This document shows, piece by piece, positions 39,002 to 51,747 of a DNA stretch of 64,000 nt. A program made the position numbers and the translations under genes. Location: contig CALADS010000071.1 in NCBI GenBank assembly GCA_937890825.1, positions 28,262 to 92,261 on the forward strand. The letters run 5' to 3'. The notes beneath the pieces were generated by a model. It did not search any database. It saw only the letters and a program-made list of their open reading frames with translations, and was not told where the DNA came from. Numbering within the stretch: position 1 is the stretch's first letter; every line of letters starts with the position of its first letter. Origin of the DNA: an uncultured Bacteroides sp. (GTDB lineage Bacteria > Bacteroidota > Bacteroidia > Bacteroidales > Bacteroidaceae).

Positions 39002-41047
39002 ATGAAACGTATTGTATATAGGATTATCTTCTGGCTGGGCTTTTTCGGACTGACGGCCTGCCAGCATGAGAACGAACTGGAACAGTTTGCCGCAAATGCG
39101 GATACCTGGACTTTGCATTTGCAGACCCGGGCAGCTACTGATACGCAAAAGCCGGGAGACCCGACGTATAATGAAGACTTGATTAAAAAGGTGGATGTCT
39201 ATTTCTTTGAAGACATCGCACAAAACTATATCTTCTGCCAGCAAGACATTCCGGTGGGCAGTGATGGAAGCTTAAAGGTGAAGGTGAAGGAAGAAATGTA
39301 TGGCAAATCTTATACCTTATACGTAATAGCCAACGGAAGCAAACAGTATTCCACGCAAGCGGAATCACTGGCCAGCCTGCAAGCGAAAGTCATTCATACA
39401 GCCTGGAAAGAAGGGCTGCCTGCGGGAGAAGGAGATTTGAAAGAAGAATCTTTATGGATGCACGGACAGAAAGAAAACGTACAGGTGCTAAAAGGGCAGT
39501 CTTCTACCATCGACTTAAAAAGAGCCATGGCAAAGGTAGTACTTACCCCTACCGTAGAAGAAAGCATTACCATTGACGGAGTGACCTACGAACCTGACTT
39601 ATCTGCCATGGAAGTGACCTTTGTCAATGCGGTAAACCGCATGCAGCTAGATGGCAAGTACCAGGTAAAGGCTGCCACCGATTACCTGTCCAGACTCAAG
39701 AGAGCCTATAAACCAGGAACCACGAACTATGAGCATATCCCTTTCTATTCTTATCCGAATCCGCTGGATACAAAGGATAGAAAAGACAGCTACCTGATAT
39801 TGTGTGTGCCTTGGCGAATGACTCAAGGCGGCAACAAACAGTTTGTGGATTACTACTATCATGTTCCTATTACATTCGGAGACGTTACGCTGGAAGCAAA
39901 TCGCTACTATCAAGTGAATGTAAAGGTAGGGGTATTGGGAAGCTTAAATCCGCGTGAAGAAGTGGAACTGACTCCCGACTTTGTGGTAATGGATTGGTAC
40001 AACCAGACGGTAGATGCAGAAATGAGCCAATATCAGTATTTGGTACTGGATGAATATGAGTCGGTGCTCTATAATGAAGAAGAGTATCTATTGCCATTCA
40101 TCAGCAGCAGTGAAGTGGTAGTGGGCAGCGGCAACAACCAAACCAAAATTCTCAGTGTGGAATACATGGACTATTCCCTATCCGGTACAATAGAAAATTG
40201 CAAAGCCGGCCTGACACAGCAGCAAATCATCAATCAAGGCTATAAGGTGGAAGTGGTGAACAACCACTTAAAATTCTCGCACCCCATTTCGGAAGAAATG
40301 TATGCCCCCTACACCATTACCGTGCAGGTAGGCAATAACCAAGGCATTACACGAATCTGGGAAATTACCCAATATCCAAGTATTTATATTACAGGTCAGA
40401 AGGCAGAGGGAGGATTGTATGTGGCGGGATTTTCTTGTACAAATGGAGAATATGAAAAAATCGATTATAAACAATATTATTTAGGTTCGGTACAAAATCC
40501 CGGAACCATACATGGAAATTTATCAGGTAATGACAACTGGAACAATTATACCATTGCCGTTTCAGCCTTTAAGGAAGGACAGGACTATGCCATCGGCGAC
40601 CCACGTTCTTTGTCGAATAATGATTTAGACTTGGGAACAGTGCTCACCAATTATCGCCCAACTCGGGAAAAAGATACGGAGAAAATCATTGCTCCCCGAT
40701 TCAAGATAGCTTCATCCAGAGGAAAGACGCTGCCTGTTACTTTTAAGAATGCACAGCGCCGGTGTGCGGCTTATCAGGAAGACGGTTTCCCAGCAGGTCG
40801 CTGGCGGGTTCCTACAGAAGCTGAGATTCAATTTATTGTAAATCTATCGGCTGAGAAAAAAATTCCGGAATTGTTTGACGGAGAATATTGGAGTGCCTCG
40901 GGAAGATACTACAGTTCCAGCTCCCAACAATTCGCACCAGCGAGAAGTCAATATGCAGTTCGCTGTGTATACGATGTATGGTACTGGGGGGACGAACCTG
41001 CAGTAAATAAAAACGAATTTCAATGGATGGATACTCCCATTGAGTAG
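39002..41047 (+). CDS. Type V pilus minor/tip pilin with a C-terminal C-type-lectin-like domain
   Basis: LTAC lipobox, QTR/A, LYVIAN, LKRAMAKV; C-terminal RCAAYQEDGFPAGRWRVPTEAE..YWS..VRCVYD. Confidence 0.72.
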   Translation: MKRIVYRIIFWLGFFGLTACQHENELEQFAANADTWTLHLQTRAATDTQKPGDPTYNEDLIKKVDVYFFEDIAQNYIFCQQDIPVGSDGSLKVKVKEEMYGKSYTLYVIANGSKQYSTQAESLASLQAKVIHTAWKEGLPAGEGDLKEESLWMHGQKENVQVLKGQSSTIDLKRAMAKVVLTPTVEESITIDGVTYEPDLSAMEVTFVNAVNRMQLDGKYQVKAATDYLSRLKRAYKPGTTNYEHIPFYSYPNPLDTKDRKDSYLILCVPWRMTQGGNKQFVDYYYHVPITFGDVTLEANRYYQVNVKVGVLGSLNPREEVELTPDFVVMDWYNQTVDAEMSQYQYLVLDEYESVLYNEEEYLLPFISSSEVVVGSGNNQTKILSVEYMDYSLSGTIENCKAGLTQQQIINQGYKVEVVNNHLKFSHPISEEMYAPYTITVQVGNNQGITRIWEITQYPSIYITGQKAEGGLYVAGFSCTNGEYEKIDYKQYYLGSVQNPGTIHGNLSGNDNWNNYTIAVSAFKEGQDYAIGDPRSLSNNDLDLGTVLTNYRPTREKDTEKIIAPRFKIASSRGKTLPVTFKNAQRRCAAYQEDGFPAGRWRVPTEAEIQFIVNLSAEKKIPELFDGEYWSASGRYYSSSSQQFAPARSQYAVRCVYDVWYWGDEPAVNKNEFQWMDTPIE

Positions 41048-41070
41048 TCAAAATTAAAAATGCGTTGGTT

Positions 41071-43458
41071 ATGAAACATATTTTTCAATATTTCAGTGTA
41101 TTGCTGCTGCTTCTGACGGTTAGCTGTCAGGACGATGAAATCATGAATCCACAGAGAGACTTGAAGACGGACGAACATCTGATTTCATTCAGCATTTCAG
41201 AATCGGTGGCAGCCACTCGTGCCATGGGTGAACAACCTTCTAAAGAATCCTTAAAGAAACTGCATGTACTGGTGTTTGATGAAAACGGGCTATACTTGGC
41301 CAATCAAGAAGCTACAGATGTCACCCTCAATACCCCTACTACGGGAACGTTCAAAGTTAATATTCCACAGTCGGACGTGAAGCGAATACTGCATTTCATA
41401 GCCGGCAACGTGACGTATGACACCTATTCACGAAAGGATACCGAAGGCACAATCTTCAGTAAATTATCTTCGACCAACCAAGAAGATGCCTACTGGCAAC
41501 GCATAGAGGTAGATAAAGTAGACCATAAAGACCAAAAATTATCCACCACGATAGGCACCGTGAAACTGCTCAGAAACTTTGCCAAGATTTCAGTGGCTGT
41601 TAGCCAGGAAGTGGAGAGCGACGGTAAATTCCAGATGTTGGGGTATGCGGTAGTAAATTATCGGGATGCCGGTGCCGTGGCTCCCTACCTAGGCGGCACT
41701 TCTGAAGAATTTGCCAATTTCCAGCTACCTAATAATCCCCAGGAGGATATATACACCCTCTTTACCAAACAAAACCCCGATTTCTCAGGTAAAACCATGG
41801 GACGAATTCCAGCTGTGGAACCCGAAGCAGTAGCAACAAGTTGCACACTAACGCCCAAGTATATCTATGAACAACAGCAGGTAAACAATCCAAATCCGGT
41901 TTATGTGATAGTCAAAGCCTCTTATATGAATCAAGAATGCTTTTATAAACTGGACATTGTGCGCACGGATGATGCCAACTACATCACCTCGTATCTCAAT
42001 ATTTTCCGGAATTTCCACTATACCATCCGCATCAACAAGGTAGCTGGTAAAGGGTCTACCGATATAGAAACAGCCATGAGTTCTGCAGCTTCCAATAACC
42101 TGGCGGCATCGGTAGAAGTCAGCGAAGTAAACCGCATAGAAGATGGGGTAGGCAATATGCTGGAAGTACAGACCATTGATACCATGCTGGTACATACCAC
42201 CCCGATAACGCTACGGGTGAATTATACGGAACAGAAGCAGCCTACGCCCGGAAAAGTGATCGTAACCCCTGTGCCGGAATTAAACACAGCAGCACTGAAG
42301 GCTGTAAGCTATGATAAGCAAGGCAACATCACCATTACTCCGGCAGATAACCTGCCGTCTACCATGCAGATACAAGAACTGGTGGTGTCTACACCGTCGG
42401 GGCTATCCAGACGTATCTCTATCAAGGTGCGTAAGCCCTATGTGTTCGATTTGGTAACCTGTCAGGAAAAAGTGGAAAAGAAAATCAACGCCCAGCTAGG
42501 CATGGGTATCCGATTACCCCAAAACATGCCTGCAGCTGCCTTTCCTTTAACGCTTCAGATAGAACCCGTGGAAAGGAAGTCCTTCTATCCGAATCCGGAA
42601 ATGAACACACTTCCTGTACACGACGGGGTAAAGACCTTCACCTATGAAGTAGAAATTTCATATAATGACTACCGAAAAAGCCGTTCGTGCTACCTGCATT
42701 TTCTGACCAACATGCAGGAGAGTGAAACCAGCATTAAGGTGAGCAATCCATTCTTTGAAGATCGCAACAACACCTGCCGTTTTTCCAACACCGAGGGAAC
42801 GCTGGGACGTTTCACCAATGTATCATTTGGTACGGAAAGCGAACAGCAGAATGTAGTAGCCGAGCCTTTGTACACTAAGATACCTATCGGTATAGGTCAG
42901 GAAGTAATCCTGAAATTTAATCTGATGCCCAATCATCAATACACAGTAGGCATCCAACCGGGTGACTATCTGGAATTTGTGAGCAGCAATACAGGCTCCG
43001 CAGTAGAACATGAAAGCAACGGCGGCTTGGCATATCGTCCGAATAATCCTACTGAACAGCAGGTATTGAAATTCAAGACAACAGCCAATGTGGTAGGAAG
43101 TACTTTCCAGCTATACTCTGTAAATTATGAGATGATTCACTTCACCTATCGGAACTCTCCCATCAAGCTGCAGTTAAGATATGGAAGAGATGACACGCCT
43201 ATCAACAAGGGCGAAGTAGAACTCTATAATGACAGCAACTATAGCGGAAGACCTGCGAAAACATTTGTTACAGACGACCAAGGATTTATCACCCTGGAAA
43301 CATTTGCAGGCCATACATACGATGATATATTGTACTTCCAGTACAAAAAGTCAAGTGGTTGGTGGGGAACCACAACATACCGCGGTTCCATCAGCGTGCG
43401 TGACATTATCAACGGTGGTACCGGAAATAATACATTGACTTTAACAACCAACTATTAA
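41071..43458 (+). CDS. Large type V pilus tip pilin, lipoprotein
   Basis: TVSC-QDDE, ATR/A, LHVLVFDENG, LHFIAGN, LLRNFAKISV, RNFHYTIRI. Confidence 0.72.
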   Translation: MKHIFQYFSVLLLLLTVSCQDDEIMNPQRDLKTDEHLISFSISESVAATRAMGEQPSKESLKKLHVLVFDENGLYLANQEATDVTLNTPTTGTFKVNIPQSDVKRILHFIAGNVTYDTYSRKDTEGTIFSKLSSTNQEDAYWQRIEVDKVDHKDQKLSTTIGTVKLLRNFAKISVAVSQEVESDGKFQMLGYAVVNYRDAGAVAPYLGGTSEEFANFQLPNNPQEDIYTLFTKQNPDFSGKTMGRIPAVEPEAVATSCTLTPKYIYEQQQVNNPNPVYVIVKASYMNQECFYKLDIVRTDDANYITSYLNIFRNFHYTIRINKVAGKGSTDIETAMSSAASNNLAASVEVSEVNRIEDGVGNMLEVQTIDTMLVHTTPITLRVNYTEQKQPTPGKVIVTPVPELNTAALKAVSYDKQGNITITPADNLPSTMQIQELVVSTPSGLSRRISIKVRKPYVFDLVTCQEKVEKKINAQLGMGIRLPQNMPAAAFPLTLQIEPVERKSFYPNPEMNTLPVHDGVKTFTYEVEISYNDYRKSRSCYLHFLTNMQESETSIKVSNPFFEDRNNTCRFSNTEGTLGRFTNVSFGTESEQQNVVAEPLYTKIPIGIGQEVILKFNLMPNHQYTVGIQPGDYLEFVSSNTGSAVEHESNGGLAYRPNNPTEQQVLKFKTTANVVGSTFQLYSVNYEMIHFTYRNSPIKLQLRYGRDDTPINKGEVELYNDSNYSGRPAKTFVTDDQGFITLETFAGHTYDDILYFQYKKSSGWWGTTTYRGSISVRDIINGGTGNNTLTLTTNY

Positions 43459-43526
43459 TTTCAATTGCAGGCATCTACCTGACAAAAGGTGAACACCCGA
43501 CTGACAAAGGCAGTCTACTTATCTAT

Positions 43527-43620
43527 AAACTATAAACGGCGGTGCCGCTTGTACAAACGGCGACGGCGTTTATATAAACGGCAGCGTTGTTTATACAAAC
43601 GGCACTGCCGTTTATAGTTT
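43527..43620. repeat. Palindromic intergenic repeat element, copy 2
   Basis: AAACTATAAACGGCGGTGCCGCTTGTACAAACGGC...ACAAACGGCACTGCCGTTTATAGTTT; aligns without gaps to 6950-7041. Confidence 0.9.
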
Positions 43621-43669
43621 TCTCCAAGGTGCATCGCTTTTTCCGGCAGGTTGGCAGAGAATAAGAAGC

Positions 43670-44398
43670 CTAATCGAACAGCTCCTTCAATACATCGAGC
43701 GACTTAAGTACAGGAAAATTGGGCAGATGCAGCCGATAGTAATCATTGAGTACCGTAAGGCAACGGGTACGTTCTGCCCTACTCATGGCAAACAGGTGCA
43801 TGGTATCGTAATTCATACGCATCAAAGTAAGCAGGCGCGAGGATTCTTCGGTACCGATATAGAAAGCATGCTGCTGAGGCCGAAGCGGTGTGAAACAGGC
43901 ATTCAACAAATCGAAATAGGCACCGGGACGATAATCGTCCAGATTAGGATATAGGCCCAGAAACCGGGAGAAGCGCATCAGAAATACCAAGTGAAAATTG
44001 GCAAAGTTCTTCCGGCAGGCATCGAGCCAGCAAATAGAATGCTTCAGGTAGGCAAACAAAGCAGGACTGGCCTGCTCGTGACGCACAGCACGGTAGAGAA
44101 ATTCCGAGAGAAACAATACGATGGCCTGCTTAAATGGATCGAAAGGAATACTGGCAAAGGGACAAGATAATTTGGCCTCGGACACCTTATGAAGACTGGA
44201 AGAAGGACGCACCTCTGCCACCAGTTCTACCAGCGACAGGGGCTGAAACAGAGCGGCCCGCAACGTGGCCTTGCGGCTGCGTGGCAAGACTACCAAAAAA
44301 CTGGCTCGGCCCATAGCTTCGGTATAAGCCTCGACCAGCAAAGCTGAATCTTTATATTTCGTAGTGCGAAGGATGATGCCTTCGGTGGTCTGTAGCAT
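43670..44398 (-). CDS. recO: DNA repair protein RecO
   Basis: [13 protein letters not shown]-fold start, [30 protein letters not shown]. Confidence 0.9.
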   Translation of the reverse strand: MLQTTEGIILRTTKYKDSALLVEAYTEAMGRASFLVVLPRSRKATLRAALFQPLSLVELVAEVRPSSSLHKVSEAKLSCPFASIPFDPFKQAIVLFLSEFLYRAVRHEQASPALFAYLKHSICWLDACRKNFANFHLVFLMRFSRFLGLYPNLDDYRPGAYFDLLNACFTPLRPQQHAFYIGTEESSRLLTLMRMNYDTMHLFAMSRAERTRCLTVLNDYYRLHLPNFPVLKSLDVLKELFD

Positions 44399-44637
44399 AA
44401 GTCTTTCTGCGTATCAATCGTAACATCCGGACAAAGCTACAAAAAATCTACCGCCTGTGCAAATACAGAAAAGGATACCCAACGAAAACGGATATATTAT
44501 ATTAATATAGGTGTATGGAGAAAAATGCATGTTTCGGCCAGATATCAAGAATAAAATTATACATATACTGATATTCAGTGATTTACAAAACACAAGAAAA
44601 AAAAGTTATAAAAAAATGCGTTTTTTTTCTCAGATGT

Positions 44638-44668
44638 TTTGGTAATTCAGAAATAGTTCTTACCTTTG
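44638..44668 (+). promoter_or_regulatory. Consensus sigma-A promoter of tRNA-Glu-rpsT
   Basis: TTTG-N19-TACCTTTG. Confidence 0.85.
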
Positions 44669-44723
44669 CAACCGCAAACGAGAAACAAAAGCGCTTGCCG
44701 AGCGGAAACGCTCAATAAAGGAT

Positions 44724-44795
44724 GGCCCGTTCGTCTATCGGTTAGGACGCAAGATTTTCATTCTTGAAAGGGGGGTTCGATTCCCCCACGGGCTA
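44724..44795 (+). tRNA. tRNA-Glu (anticodon TTC)
   Basis: GGCCCGT/ACGGGCT acceptor stem, CAAGA-TTTTCAT-TCTTG anticodon arm, GGTTCGATTCC. Confidence 0.97.
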
Positions 44796-44835
44796 CAATT
44801 AAAAAGATATACGAATTAATAAAAGATTAGTCGAG

Positions 44836-45090
44836 ATGGCAAATCATAAATCATCACTGAAAAGAATCAGACAAGAAGAAACAAGAAGACTTCACAACAG
44901 ATATTATGGTAAGACCATGAGAAATGCTGTTCGTAAGCTTCGCGCTACAACCGACAAGAATGAAGCTGCTGCTATGCTTCCGGGTGTATCAAAGATGTTG
45001 GATAAATTAGCAAAGACTAACGTAATCCACAAGAACAAAGCCAACAACTTGAAGTCTAAGTTGGCTATCTATATCAACAAACTTGCATAA
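44836..45090 (+). CDS. rpsT: 30S ribosomal protein S20
   Basis: [13 protein letters not shown]...[13 protein letters not shown]. Confidence 0.98.
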   Translation: MANHKSSLKRIRQEETRRLHNRYYGKTMRNAVRKLRATTDKNEAAAMLPGVSKMLDKLAKTNVIHKNKANNLKSKLAIYINKLA

Positions 45091-45111
45091 GTTGATTAAA
45101 CCTATATATCC

Positions 45112-45143
45112 AAAAGCCGAACTTTTAAAGTTCGGCTTTTTTT
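45112..45143 (+). terminator. Intrinsic terminator after rpsT
   Basis: AAAAGCCGAACTT-TTA-AAGTTCGGCTTTTTTT. Confidence 0.88.
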
Positions 45144-45247
45144 GTTTTCCACCAAGCTGAGAATCTCGAATAAGAAAAGCTGTTAAATAGACGATTTTAT
45201 ACTGACTTTTAAGCGCTTATGTGGAACTTTTTCACTAACTTTGCTAA

Positions 45248-47254
<2,007 letters not shown>

Positions 47255-47296
47255 TTTTATTTATTTTTTATTTACCCCTCACATCTTACAACGAGG

Positions 47297-47343
47297 AAGC
47301 CCCGGCGCAACAGGAAAATCCTGGGTGGGCCGGGGCTTTTTTT
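47297..47343 (+). terminator. Intrinsic terminator after gyrB
   Basis: AAGCCCCGGC...GCCGGGGCTTTTTTT. Confidence 0.75.
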
Positions 47344-47368
47344 ATGTATGCCTGCATACTATGCCGGC

Positions 47369-47950
47369 TTATAGATAGTTTTGCTTCTTCAACTCCTCTA
47401 CGGCGATTTCCAATTCATCGTACCAAGCCTGACCGAACTTGCGGATGAGCGGTTCCTTCAAGAACTTATACACAGGCAGGTTTTCCTTCTGTCCCAACAG
47501 CACAGCAGCTTTGCACACATCCCAGCGGTGATAGTTCACAGCCTTGTACGGACCATAATTGCCCACCCGAATGGGGTATAAGTGACAGGATACCGGCTTA
47601 TAAAAATCAATTTTTCCGGCACGGTAAGCCTTCTCTATGGCACAATAGCAGCTGCCTTTTTCGTCGTAACAAGTAAATACACAGTCTTTTCCATTCACTA
47701 TAGAAGTAACCAAATCGCCTTCTTCGTCGGTATACACTACCCCCTGACGATTGATTATCTCCTGAGCCTCAGGTGCCAGGTCATCCCAAATCACGGGAAG
47801 CACCTCTTCCAGTTTTTCCACTTCTTCCAGTTCCACCGGTGCGCCTGCATCACCTTCTATGCAACATTCGCCTTTGCAGGCACCCAAATCACACAGAAAT
47901 TTTTCGCGCAACACATCCAATGAAACTACTACGTCGTCTATCTGAATCAC
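47369..47950 (-). CDS. Cys-rich DUF3109-like protein
   Basis: FLCDLGACKGECCIEGDAGAP, KPVSCHLYPIR; GTG start. Confidence 0.8.
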   Translation of the reverse strand: MIQIDDVVVSLDVLREKFLCDLGACKGECCIEGDAGAPVELEEVEKLEEVLPVIWDDLAPEAQEIINRQGVVYTDEEGDLVTSIVNGKDCVFTCYDEKGSCYCAIEKAYRAGKIDFYKPVSCHLYPIRVGNYGPYKAVNYHRWDVCKAAVLLGQKENLPVYKFLKEPLIRKFGQAWYDELEIAVEELKKQNYL

Positions 47951-48059
47951 TGCTTAAATAATTGAGTTTTGAAAAATCAAAAAAGCAGATGACACAAACG
48001 ACACAGCCGTGCCATCCGCATCATCTGCGTAAATAATAAAAGTCCAGCTACTTCACTGA

Positions 48060-49574
48060 TTACTTAATCAAATCACGTCCTGTCATTTCTGCAGGTTGGG
48101 CCATACCCAGGATATGAAGAATAGAAGGAGCTACATCGGCCAATACACCATTTTCTACCTTTGCATCCTTATTGTCGGTTACGTAAACAAACGGAACAGG
48201 ATTCAAAGAGTGAGCTGTGTTCGGCGTACCATCGGCATTCAGCGCGTGGTCGGCATTACCGTGGTCGGCAATGATGATTACTTCGTAACCATTGGCCTTG
48301 GCAGCTTCTACAGTGTCTTTCACACAGTTGTCGATAGCTACAACAGCCTTTTCGATGGCTTCGTAGATACCAGTGTGGCCCACCATGTCGCCGTTGGCAT
48401 AGTTCACAACAATGAAGTCGAACTTCTGCGTACCAATAGCTTCTACCAATTTATCTTTCACTTCGTAAGCACTCATTTCAGGCTTCAAGTCGTAGGTAGC
48501 CACCTTGGGCGAAGGTACTAGGATACGTTCTTCGTTATCGTATGGGGTTTCACGACCACCGTTGAAGAAGAAGGTTACGTGAGCATACTTTTCTGTCTCA
48601 GCGATGTGCAACTGAGTCTTGCCATTGGCTGCCAGGTATTCGCCCAAAGTATTCTGTACGTTTTCCTTGTCGAAAAGGATGTGAACGCCCTTGAAAGAAG
48701 CATCGTACGGAGTCATACAGTAATACTGCAAGCCCGGGATGGTGTGCATACCCTGTTCCGGCATATCCTGCTGTGTCAATACGATGGTCAACTCCTTGGC
48801 ACGGTCGTTACGATAGTTGAAGAAGATAACCACGTCGCCTTCTTTAATCGTACCGTCGAAATTACCATTGACAATCGGCTTGATAAATTCATCCGTCACG
48901 CCTTCGTCGTAAGACTCCTGCATAGCCTGTACCATGTCGGTAGCCACCTTACCCTGACCATTTACCAGCAAATCATAAGCCTCTTTCACACGTTCCCAGC
49001 GCTTATCACGGTCCATAGCATAGAAACGACCTACGATAGATGCAATCTTACCAGCCGACTGAGCGCAGTGAGCCGTAAGCTGTTCAATGAAGCCCTTACC
49101 ACTCTTGGGGTCGGTATCACGGCCATCCATGAAGCAATGAATGAACGTATTGTCAATACCATATTCCTTAGCGATATCGCAAAGCTTGAAAAGGTGGTCG
49201 AAAGAACTGTGTACACCACCGTTTGAAGTCAAGCCCATGAAATGGATATTCTTACCATTCTCCTTAGCATAGGAGAAAGCAGAAACGATTTCCTTGTTCT
49301 TCAAGATGCTACCATCGGCACAAGCACGGTTAATCTTTACCAAATCCTGATAAACAATACGTCCGGCACCGATATTCAAGTGACCCACTTCAGAGTTACC
49401 CATCTGACCATCGGGCAAACCTACATTTTCACCACTGGCCTGCAACTGTGAATGCGGATAATTAGCCAATAGAGAATCCCAATAAGGAGTAGGTGTATTG
49501 AAAATCACATCATCTTTTGCTTGATCGCCGACACCCCAGCCATCAAGAATCATTAAAAGGGCTTTTTTACTCAT
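48060..49574 (-). CDS. gpmI: 2,3-bisphosphoglycerate-independent phosphoglycerate mutase
   Basis: [42 protein letters not shown]. Confidence 0.97.
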   Translation of the reverse strand: MSKKALLMILDGWGVGDQAKDDVIFNTPTPYWDSLLANYPHSQLQASGENVGLPDGQMGNSEVGHLNIGAGRIVYQDLVKINRACADGSILKNKEIVSAFSYAKENGKNIHFMGLTSNGGVHSSFDHLFKLCDIAKEYGIDNTFIHCFMDGRDTDPKSGKGFIEQLTAHCAQSAGKIASIVGRFYAMDRDKRWERVKEAYDLLVNGQGKVATDMVQAMQESYDEGVTDEFIKPIVNGNFDGTIKEGDVVIFFNYRNDRAKELTIVLTQQDMPEQGMHTIPGLQYYCMTPYDASFKGVHILFDKENVQNTLGEYLAANGKTQLHIAETEKYAHVTFFFNGGRETPYDNEERILVPSPKVATYDLKPEMSAYEVKDKLVEAIGTQKFDFIVVNYANGDMVGHTGIYEAIEKAVVAIDNCVKDTVEAAKANGYEVIIIADHGNADHALNADGTPNTAHSLNPVPFVYVTDNKDAKVENGVLADVAPSILHILGMAQPAEMTGRDLIK

Positions 49575-49723
49575 AATCTATCAATATTTAGAATTATATA
49601 TAATCTACTTGTTATACGGTGGCAAAGGTACAAAAAAGCCGTGTATTTTCAGAAAAGATACTCTATCAAGTTGCAGAAGTTTAGCAAACTTAAAGAGACT
49701 GAAGAAACCCACGAGGAAGTATT

Positions 49724-50329
49724 TCAAGCGAAAGGAATCGACAACTGTCCGTCGCCCAAGAGATTGAAACTTTTCCGATGATACGGACTGATACCGTGGG
49801 CGGCAATGGCTGCCCGGTGCTTAGAAGTGGGATAGCCTTTATTATGATTCCAGTCGTACACAGGATACTCCTCGTGCAGCCGGTTCATATAGTCGTCACG
49901 ATAAGTCTTGGCCAGGATGGAAGCTGCGGCAATAGAGAGGTATTTACCATCTCCCTTCACAACGGTGGTATGAGGAATCTCCGGATAAGGCTTAAAACGG
50001 TTGCCGTCTATCAGCAGATGCTGCGGACGCAGTGACAACCCATCTACGGCCCGGTGCATAGCCAGAAAAGAAGCATTCAGGATATTAATCTGATCGATCT
50101 CTTCGGGCGTTACTATGCCTACCGACCAAGCTAAAGCCTGCTGTTCGATGACTTCGCGCAAGGCATATCGCTGCTTCTCGGTGAGCTGCTTGGAATCATT
50201 CAGCAATTCGTTCTTAAAATCTTTCGGCAGAATGACTGCTGCGGCATACACGGCACCTGCCAAACAGCCGCGCCCGGCCTCATCGCACCCGGCTTCCTGT
50301 AAATCTTTATGTAAATAGGGTAGTAACAT
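49724..50329 (-). CDS. rnhB: Ribonuclease HII
   Basis: [38 protein letters not shown]; real start placed at ATG 50329. Confidence 0.95.
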   Translation of the reverse strand: MLLPYLHKDLQEAGCDEAGRGCLAGAVYAAAVILPKDFKNELLNDSKQLTEKQRYALREVIEQQALAWSVGIVTPEEIDQINILNASFLAMHRAVDGLSLRPQHLLIDGNRFKPYPEIPHTTVVKGDGKYLSIAAASILAKTYRDDYMNRLHEEYPVYDWNHNKGYPTSKHRAAIAAHGISPYHRKSFNLLGDGQLSIPFA

Positions 50330-50444
50330 ATCTTTTTTAAAAACAAAGGTAACTTTTCTGCCGGAAATAACAGTGGGAGAATACAAATATTGCACACAAA
50401 AAAGAAATACTCTATCTTTGTACACATCAATCAATGACATCTCT

Positions 50445-50723
50445 ATGTTTACTGTTATAGGAATCATGCTGACAGGCATGCTAATTGGGTATCTGATACG
50501 ACATAAAAGACTACCTAGAATATCACAAATCATCACTACCCTTATTTGGGTGCTCTTATTTCTGCTGGGGGTAGAGGTGGGCAGCAACCCTGATATCACC
50601 CAAGGGCTGCATACCATTGGAGTAGAAGCCATACTTATTTCATTGGCTGCCATCCTGGGCAGTGTACTGGCTTCTTGGCTATTGTGGTATTTAATCTATT
50701 GTAAAAACAAGAAAAAAGAATAA
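50445..50723 (+). CDS. LysO/DUF340-family membrane protein (small subunit)
   Basis: 92 aa, 3 TM segments, [18 protein letters not shown] -7 box at 50413-50420. Confidence 0.75.
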   Translation: MFTVIGIMLTGMLIGYLIRHKRLPRISQIITTLIWVLLFLLGVEVGSNPDITQGLHTIGVEAILISLAAILGSVLASWLLWYLIYCKNKKKE

Positions 50724-50725
50724 TC

Positions 50726-51328
50726 ATGCGAGGAAGCATCATCATTACCCTCTTTTTCATTTTGGGAACTATCTGCGGTTTTCTGCATCTTATCCCTTTT
50801 GATTTCAGTGAAAACAATGTAAGTTTCTATGCGCTCTGTGCGCTGATGTTCTGTGTAGGTATCAGTGTAGGAAACGACCCGCAGAATCTGCGCAATTTCC
50901 GCTCGCTGAATCCACGCATCCTGCTTTTACCTGTAATGACCATCCTAGGCACATTGGCAGGTTGTTTTGTGGTAGGCTTGTTGCTACCCGAACGCACGCC
51001 TGCTGAATGCATGGCTGTAGGCTCCGGACTAGGCTATTATTCTTTATCGAGCATCTTCATTACTGAATACAAAGGAGCCGAACTGGGTGCCATTGCCTTG
51101 TTGGCCAATATCGGCCGCGAAATCTTCACCTTACTCTTTGCCCCGCTTCTGGTGCGCTGGTTTGGCAACCTGGCTCCTATCGCAGCGGGTGGGGCAACGA
51201 CGGAAGATACTACGCTTCCCATCATTACCCGTACCGCCGGCGAAGAGTTTACGCTCATTTCCATTTTCCACGGATTTGTGGTGGACTTTACCGTACCTTT
51301 TCTGGTCACCTTGTTCTGCTCCTTGTAA
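50726..51328 (+). CDS. LysO/DUF340-family lysine-exporter-like protein
   Basis: GLGYYSLS, LANIGRE, GGATTEDTTLP. Confidence 0.82.
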   Translation: MRGSIIITLFFILGTICGFLHLIPFDFSENNVSFYALCALMFCVGISVGNDPQNLRNFRSLNPRILLLPVMTILGTLAGCFVVGLLLPERTPAECMAVGSGLGYYSLSSIFITEYKGAELGAIALLANIGREIFTLLFAPLLVRWFGNLAPIAAGGATTEDTTLPIITRTAGEEFTLISIFHGFVVDFTVPFLVTLFCSL

Positions 51329-51344
51329 TCTTGATGAAACCAGA

Positions 51345-51747
51345 CTAGAACAGGCTCCAAGCCACGGTAAGTCCGGTCATCACGATGGCCACCATGCTCA
51401 TCAGTTTGATAAGGATATTCAGGCTGGGGCCGGAGGTGTCTTTAAACGGGTCGCCCACGGTATCACCTACTACAGTAGCCTTGTGAACCTCGCTACTCAA
51501 ACCTCCAATCAAGAGACCTAACACACCGGATACCCCGAAAACCAGACCCGCTGCGGAAAGCCACCCGCAGTCCGGCATTCAGCGAGGTGCGTGCCGCATT
51601 GGCCGTACGCGCCGAAGCATAGGTAGCCGTCTTCATGCCCAAAAAACCGGAAAGACCCGAGAAGAAACCGCCGGTAAGAAAAGCAATGGGTACCCATGGA
51701 TTTTGCACATCGAATCCATACGCCATGATGGAAAAAATAAGCAAAGC
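51345..51747 (-). pseudogene. hppA: Membrane Na+/H+-translocating pyrophosphatase remnant (three fused fragments)
   Basis: Fragments FSIMAYG..GFLGMKTATYASARTANAA..AFRSG | [19 protein letters not shown] | [35 protein letters not shown]; about 0.4 kb of a normally >2 kb gene, frameshifted at the first join. Confidence 0.9.

Noticed and set aside
39002..43458. Complete DGR in the window
   Set aside because: No reverse transcriptase gene and no template/variable repeat pair found
31360..44795. Pilus locus as a tRNA-integrated genomic island
   Set aside because: No integrase and no duplicated tRNA 3' end seen; core genes (CYTH, recO) separate the locus from both tRNAs
50330..50653. N-terminal extension of rnhB in the ORF track
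   Set aside because: It overlaps the divergent LysO-like gene and promoter region; RNase HII similarity starts at ATG 50329
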